From contig JAQBHB010000033.1 in the NCBI GenBank assembly GCA_032128115.1, forward strand, positions 1-55,230: DNA of 55,230 nt, written 5' to 3'. The translations under genes were made by a program, and so were the position numbers. The notes beneath the pieces were generated by a model that saw only the letters and a list, made by a program, of their open reading frames with translations, was not told the origin of the DNA and searched no databases. Below, piece after piece: positions 52,963 to 55,230 of this stretch. How positions within the stretch are numbered: position 1 is the first letter of the stretch; every line of letters begins with the position of its first letter. The stretch is from Deltaproteobacteria bacterium (GTDB lineage Bacteria > Myxococcota_A > UBA9160 > SMWR01).

Positions 52963-54525
52963 GTGGCGTCAGGGTCCGCTTTGCGTTGCCTGGCCCGGTG
53001 GGCCGTGGGGGCCGTGCTGCTGCTGGCGAGCGCGTGCGTGCTACCCGTGCGGCTGGCTCCGGGGGTGGAAGGCGCCGTGATGGATGCATCGACCGGTGCG
53101 GCGCTGGAAGGGGCCCGGGTCGTGGTGCGCTTCGACGGACACCACGACGATCAGCTTCCGGACCGGGACCTGCTGGGCTTCGCGGAGGCCACCACCGACG
53201 CCAACGGCCGCTTCGTGGTGGGCCCGCTCCGGAGCCCGGGTCTCGCCGTATGGCCCCTGCTCAGGATCGAGACCCGCCTGGTGGCGGTTTTCCATCCGGG
53301 CCATCGCTGCGCTTCGCCCCGGATGATCTCCCAGGGCGAGACTCCGATCGTTGCGCTCGAGCCCGCGCGCAGCGCCGACGAGATGCGCGAAACGTGTCAC
53401 CCGGTTCCCGCCCGCCGTGGAGAGGCGCAAGGCTACATGGCGGCCTGGCGTGCCCTTTTCCCAACCCCCCGACCCGACGACGACTCGCGCCAGCGGGACA
53501 CCGACCGGGTGCTGGCCGCTCGCTCGGTGTTCGGGTTCGGCGAGAACTGCGAGGGCCCCGTTCTCGACATGGCGCTGGCGCCGAGCGGACGCTTCGCGGC
53601 CCTGGTGATTGCGGGCGCTCTGGGCCCCGAGATCCACGCGGTCGAGCTGGGGGTGTCGGGGCCGCTTCCGCCCCGGCGCATCGGGCCCGCGCCGCGCACG
53701 CCTCCGCGCCGCATCGCCTGGGCGACAGCCTGGGAGCTGGTGCTCTGGGAGCCGGCCAGTGAGCAGCGCCGCGCAATCTCGCCCTCGCCCTTCGCCGACG
53801 GACGCTTCGAGCGGATCTGGCACGCGCCCGGCGCCAACGAGCTGTTGCCCGCGGCTCCGGATCCACTGGGCAGCCTGCAGCAGATCGCGGCGCCACTGGA
53901 TCCCGGGGATCTCAACGACGAGGCAGATTCGCGCTGGTTCGGGCGTTCGTTTTCGCTGCACCAGGTGCCCGACCCGGAAACTGGGCTCGCCGTCGATCGC
54001 CTCCACATCGTGGGACGCGAGGGTTTGCACTCGGACGTGGCCCTGGCCGGCGAGGCCTGTGGCCCGCCGGGTCGCTTCGGGCGCCCCCACTACCGCATCG
54101 CGGCCGGCGGCCGCGCGGGAGTCGACCTGCGGTTCGTAGACGGCGGCTGTCACGCAGTGTCCGTCGACCTGGAGACGGGATTCTGGTCTCGCATGGACCG
54201 GGCCGATGCGCCCGCCACGTGTAGTCGCACCCGCCGGATACCCGTCTCACAACTGAACCTGGCCTTGCGCGGTTACGCCCGCGAGCTGGAGTCGGGTCTG
54301 GCGGAAGCGGGGGCCGACCCGGCGGCGCCGTACGCCCTGCGAATCGCCGACGATCGCGGCGTGGTGGTGGAGGCCATGGACTTCGCCGGGCGCCCACGCC
54401 GCTTTGAGGCAGCGCCGTTCCCGGTGACGACCCCGCTGCGGCGGATCGAGGTGTCGGTGGTGGGCTCGACCCATCCGGCGCCTCGCGGGGCGCCGATCGC
54501 GGTGCCGGGGCCCGAGCCTCTCTAG
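52963..54525 (+). CDS. Hypothetical lipoprotein (N-terminal carboxypeptidase-regulatory-like beta domain)
   Basis: GAGGGGAG RBS; lipobox LASAC; G.V.DA.TG..L.GA.V and TTD..GRF. Confidence 0.6.
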   Translation: MASGSALRCLARWAVGAVLLLASACVLPVRLAPGVEGAVMDASTGAALEGARVVVRFDGHHDDQLPDRDLLGFAEATTDANGRFVVGPLRSPGLAVWPLLRIETRLVAVFHPGHRCASPRMISQGETPIVALEPARSADEMRETCHPVPARRGEAQGYMAAWRALFPTPRPDDDSRQRDTDRVLAARSVFGFGENCEGPVLDMALAPSGRFAALVIAGALGPEIHAVELGVSGPLPPRRIGPAPRTPPRRIAWATAWELVLWEPASEQRRAISPSPFADGRFERIWHAPGANELLPAAPDPLGSLQQIAAPLDPGDLNDEADSRWFGRSFSLHQVPDPETGLAVDRLHIVGREGLHSDVALAGEACGPPGRFGRPHYRIAAGGRAGVDLRFVDGGCHAVSVDLETGFWSRMDRADAPATCSRTRRIPVSQLNLALRGYARELESGLAEAGADPAAPYALRIADDRGVVVEAMDFAGRPRRFEAAPFPVTTPLRRIEVSVVGSTHPAPRGAPIAVPGPEPL

Positions 54526-54531
54526 GCTGCG

Positions 54532-54562
54532 GCGGCGGCCCGGGCCGGGCCCGAGCCGCCGC
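54532..54562. terminator. GC-rich hairpin between convergent genes
   Basis: GCGGCGGC-C-CGGGC-CGG-GCCCG-A-GCCGCCGC; no U-tract. Confidence 0.35.
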
Positions 54563-54577
54563 GGGCGAAGCTCGCGA

Positions 54578-55230
54578 TCAGTGGGTGGCAGTGGAAACCG
54601 GCTCGGCTTCTTCGACCGGGGCCGGCTTCTCCTCCGCGACCTCGACACGGGCCTGGCGCTTCATACCCTTGGCGGCGTAGACGGCGTCGGCCAGCTTCTC
54701 GTAGGTGTCGCGGTTCTCCATCAGGAACGCGCGCGCGTTCTCTCGGCCCTGGCCGATGCGCTCGTCGGCATAGGAGTACCAGGCGCCGCTCTTCTCCACG
54801 ATCCCGCACTCGACGCCGAGATCCAGGAGGTCGCCTTCCACCGAGATCCCCTGGTTGTACAGGATGTCGAACTCGGCCTGGCGGAAGGGCGGCGCAACCT
54901 TGTTCTTCACCACCTTCACCCGCGTGCGGTTTCCCACCACCGCATCGCCGTCCTTGATGGCAGCGATGCGCCTCACGTCGATACGGATCGACGAGTAGAA
55001 CTTGAGCGCGTTGCCGCCGCTGGTGGTCTCCGGGTTCCCGAACATGACGCCAATCTTCATGCGGATCTGATTGATGAAGATCACCGTCGCCCCGGATTTG
55101 GAGACGGTGCCCGTGAGCTTGCGCTGGGCCTGGCTCATGAGACGCGCCTGGAGCCCCACGTGGTGGTAGCCCATTTCGCCCTCGAGCTCGGCCCGGGGCA
55201 CGAGCGAAGCCACCGAGTCCACTACCACCC
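54578..55230 (-). CDS. recA: Recombinase RecA, C-terminal part (5' end outside window)
   Basis: [49 protein letters not shown] and GQGRE. Confidence 0.97.
   Translation of the reverse strand, partial: VVVDSVASLVPRAELEGEMGYHHVGLQARLMSQAQRKLTGTVSKSGATVIFINQIRMKIGVMFGNPETTSGGNALKFYSSIRIDVRRIAAIKDGDAVVGNRTRVKVVKNKVAPPFRQAEFDILYNQGISVEGDLLDLGVECGIVEKSGAWYSYADERIGQGRENARAFLMENRDTYEKLADAVYAAKGMKRQARVEVAEEKPAPVEEAEPVSTATH

Overview
A high-GC (roughly 70% by eye) bacterial chromosomal segment. Gene content and order (dusB-ntrB-ntrC; rpsF-rpsR-rplI-dnaB; ispE-tRNA-Gln-prs-rplY-pth; DUF1844; PilZ/DUF4388; recA..pilT..alaS) suggest a deltaproteobacterial/Myxococcota-like organism (inference). It is mostly housekeeping and metabolic genes: thiE, thiD, pdxR-pdxS-pdxT, ispE, ispG, prpE, the AmmeMemoRadiSam trio, an ldcA-serine hydrolase-mpl peptidoglycan-recycling cluster, nhaA, bamD and an EAL protein. 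I found no IS, prophage or CRISPR array. The best candidate for an undescribed system is a PaaX-family regulator with a PaaX-style long-spaced operator, joined to a fatty-acid desaturase by a 3 x 32-bp repeat that forms a relay of translationally coupled 11-aa mini-ORFs. Other non-obvious signals: two 5 x 11-bp phased arrays in divergent promoter regions; a 4 x 21-bp amplified pdxT stop region; two relic genes that keep their termini but lack their cores (acetoacetate-CoA ligase, di-heme oxidoreductase); an orphan CcmD-like micro-protein missed by the ORF track; a probable CTG start for ispE; a frameshifted cytochrome c peroxidase; and a recurring leaderless-promoter signature. All calls come from motif recognition by eye; no database searches were run.
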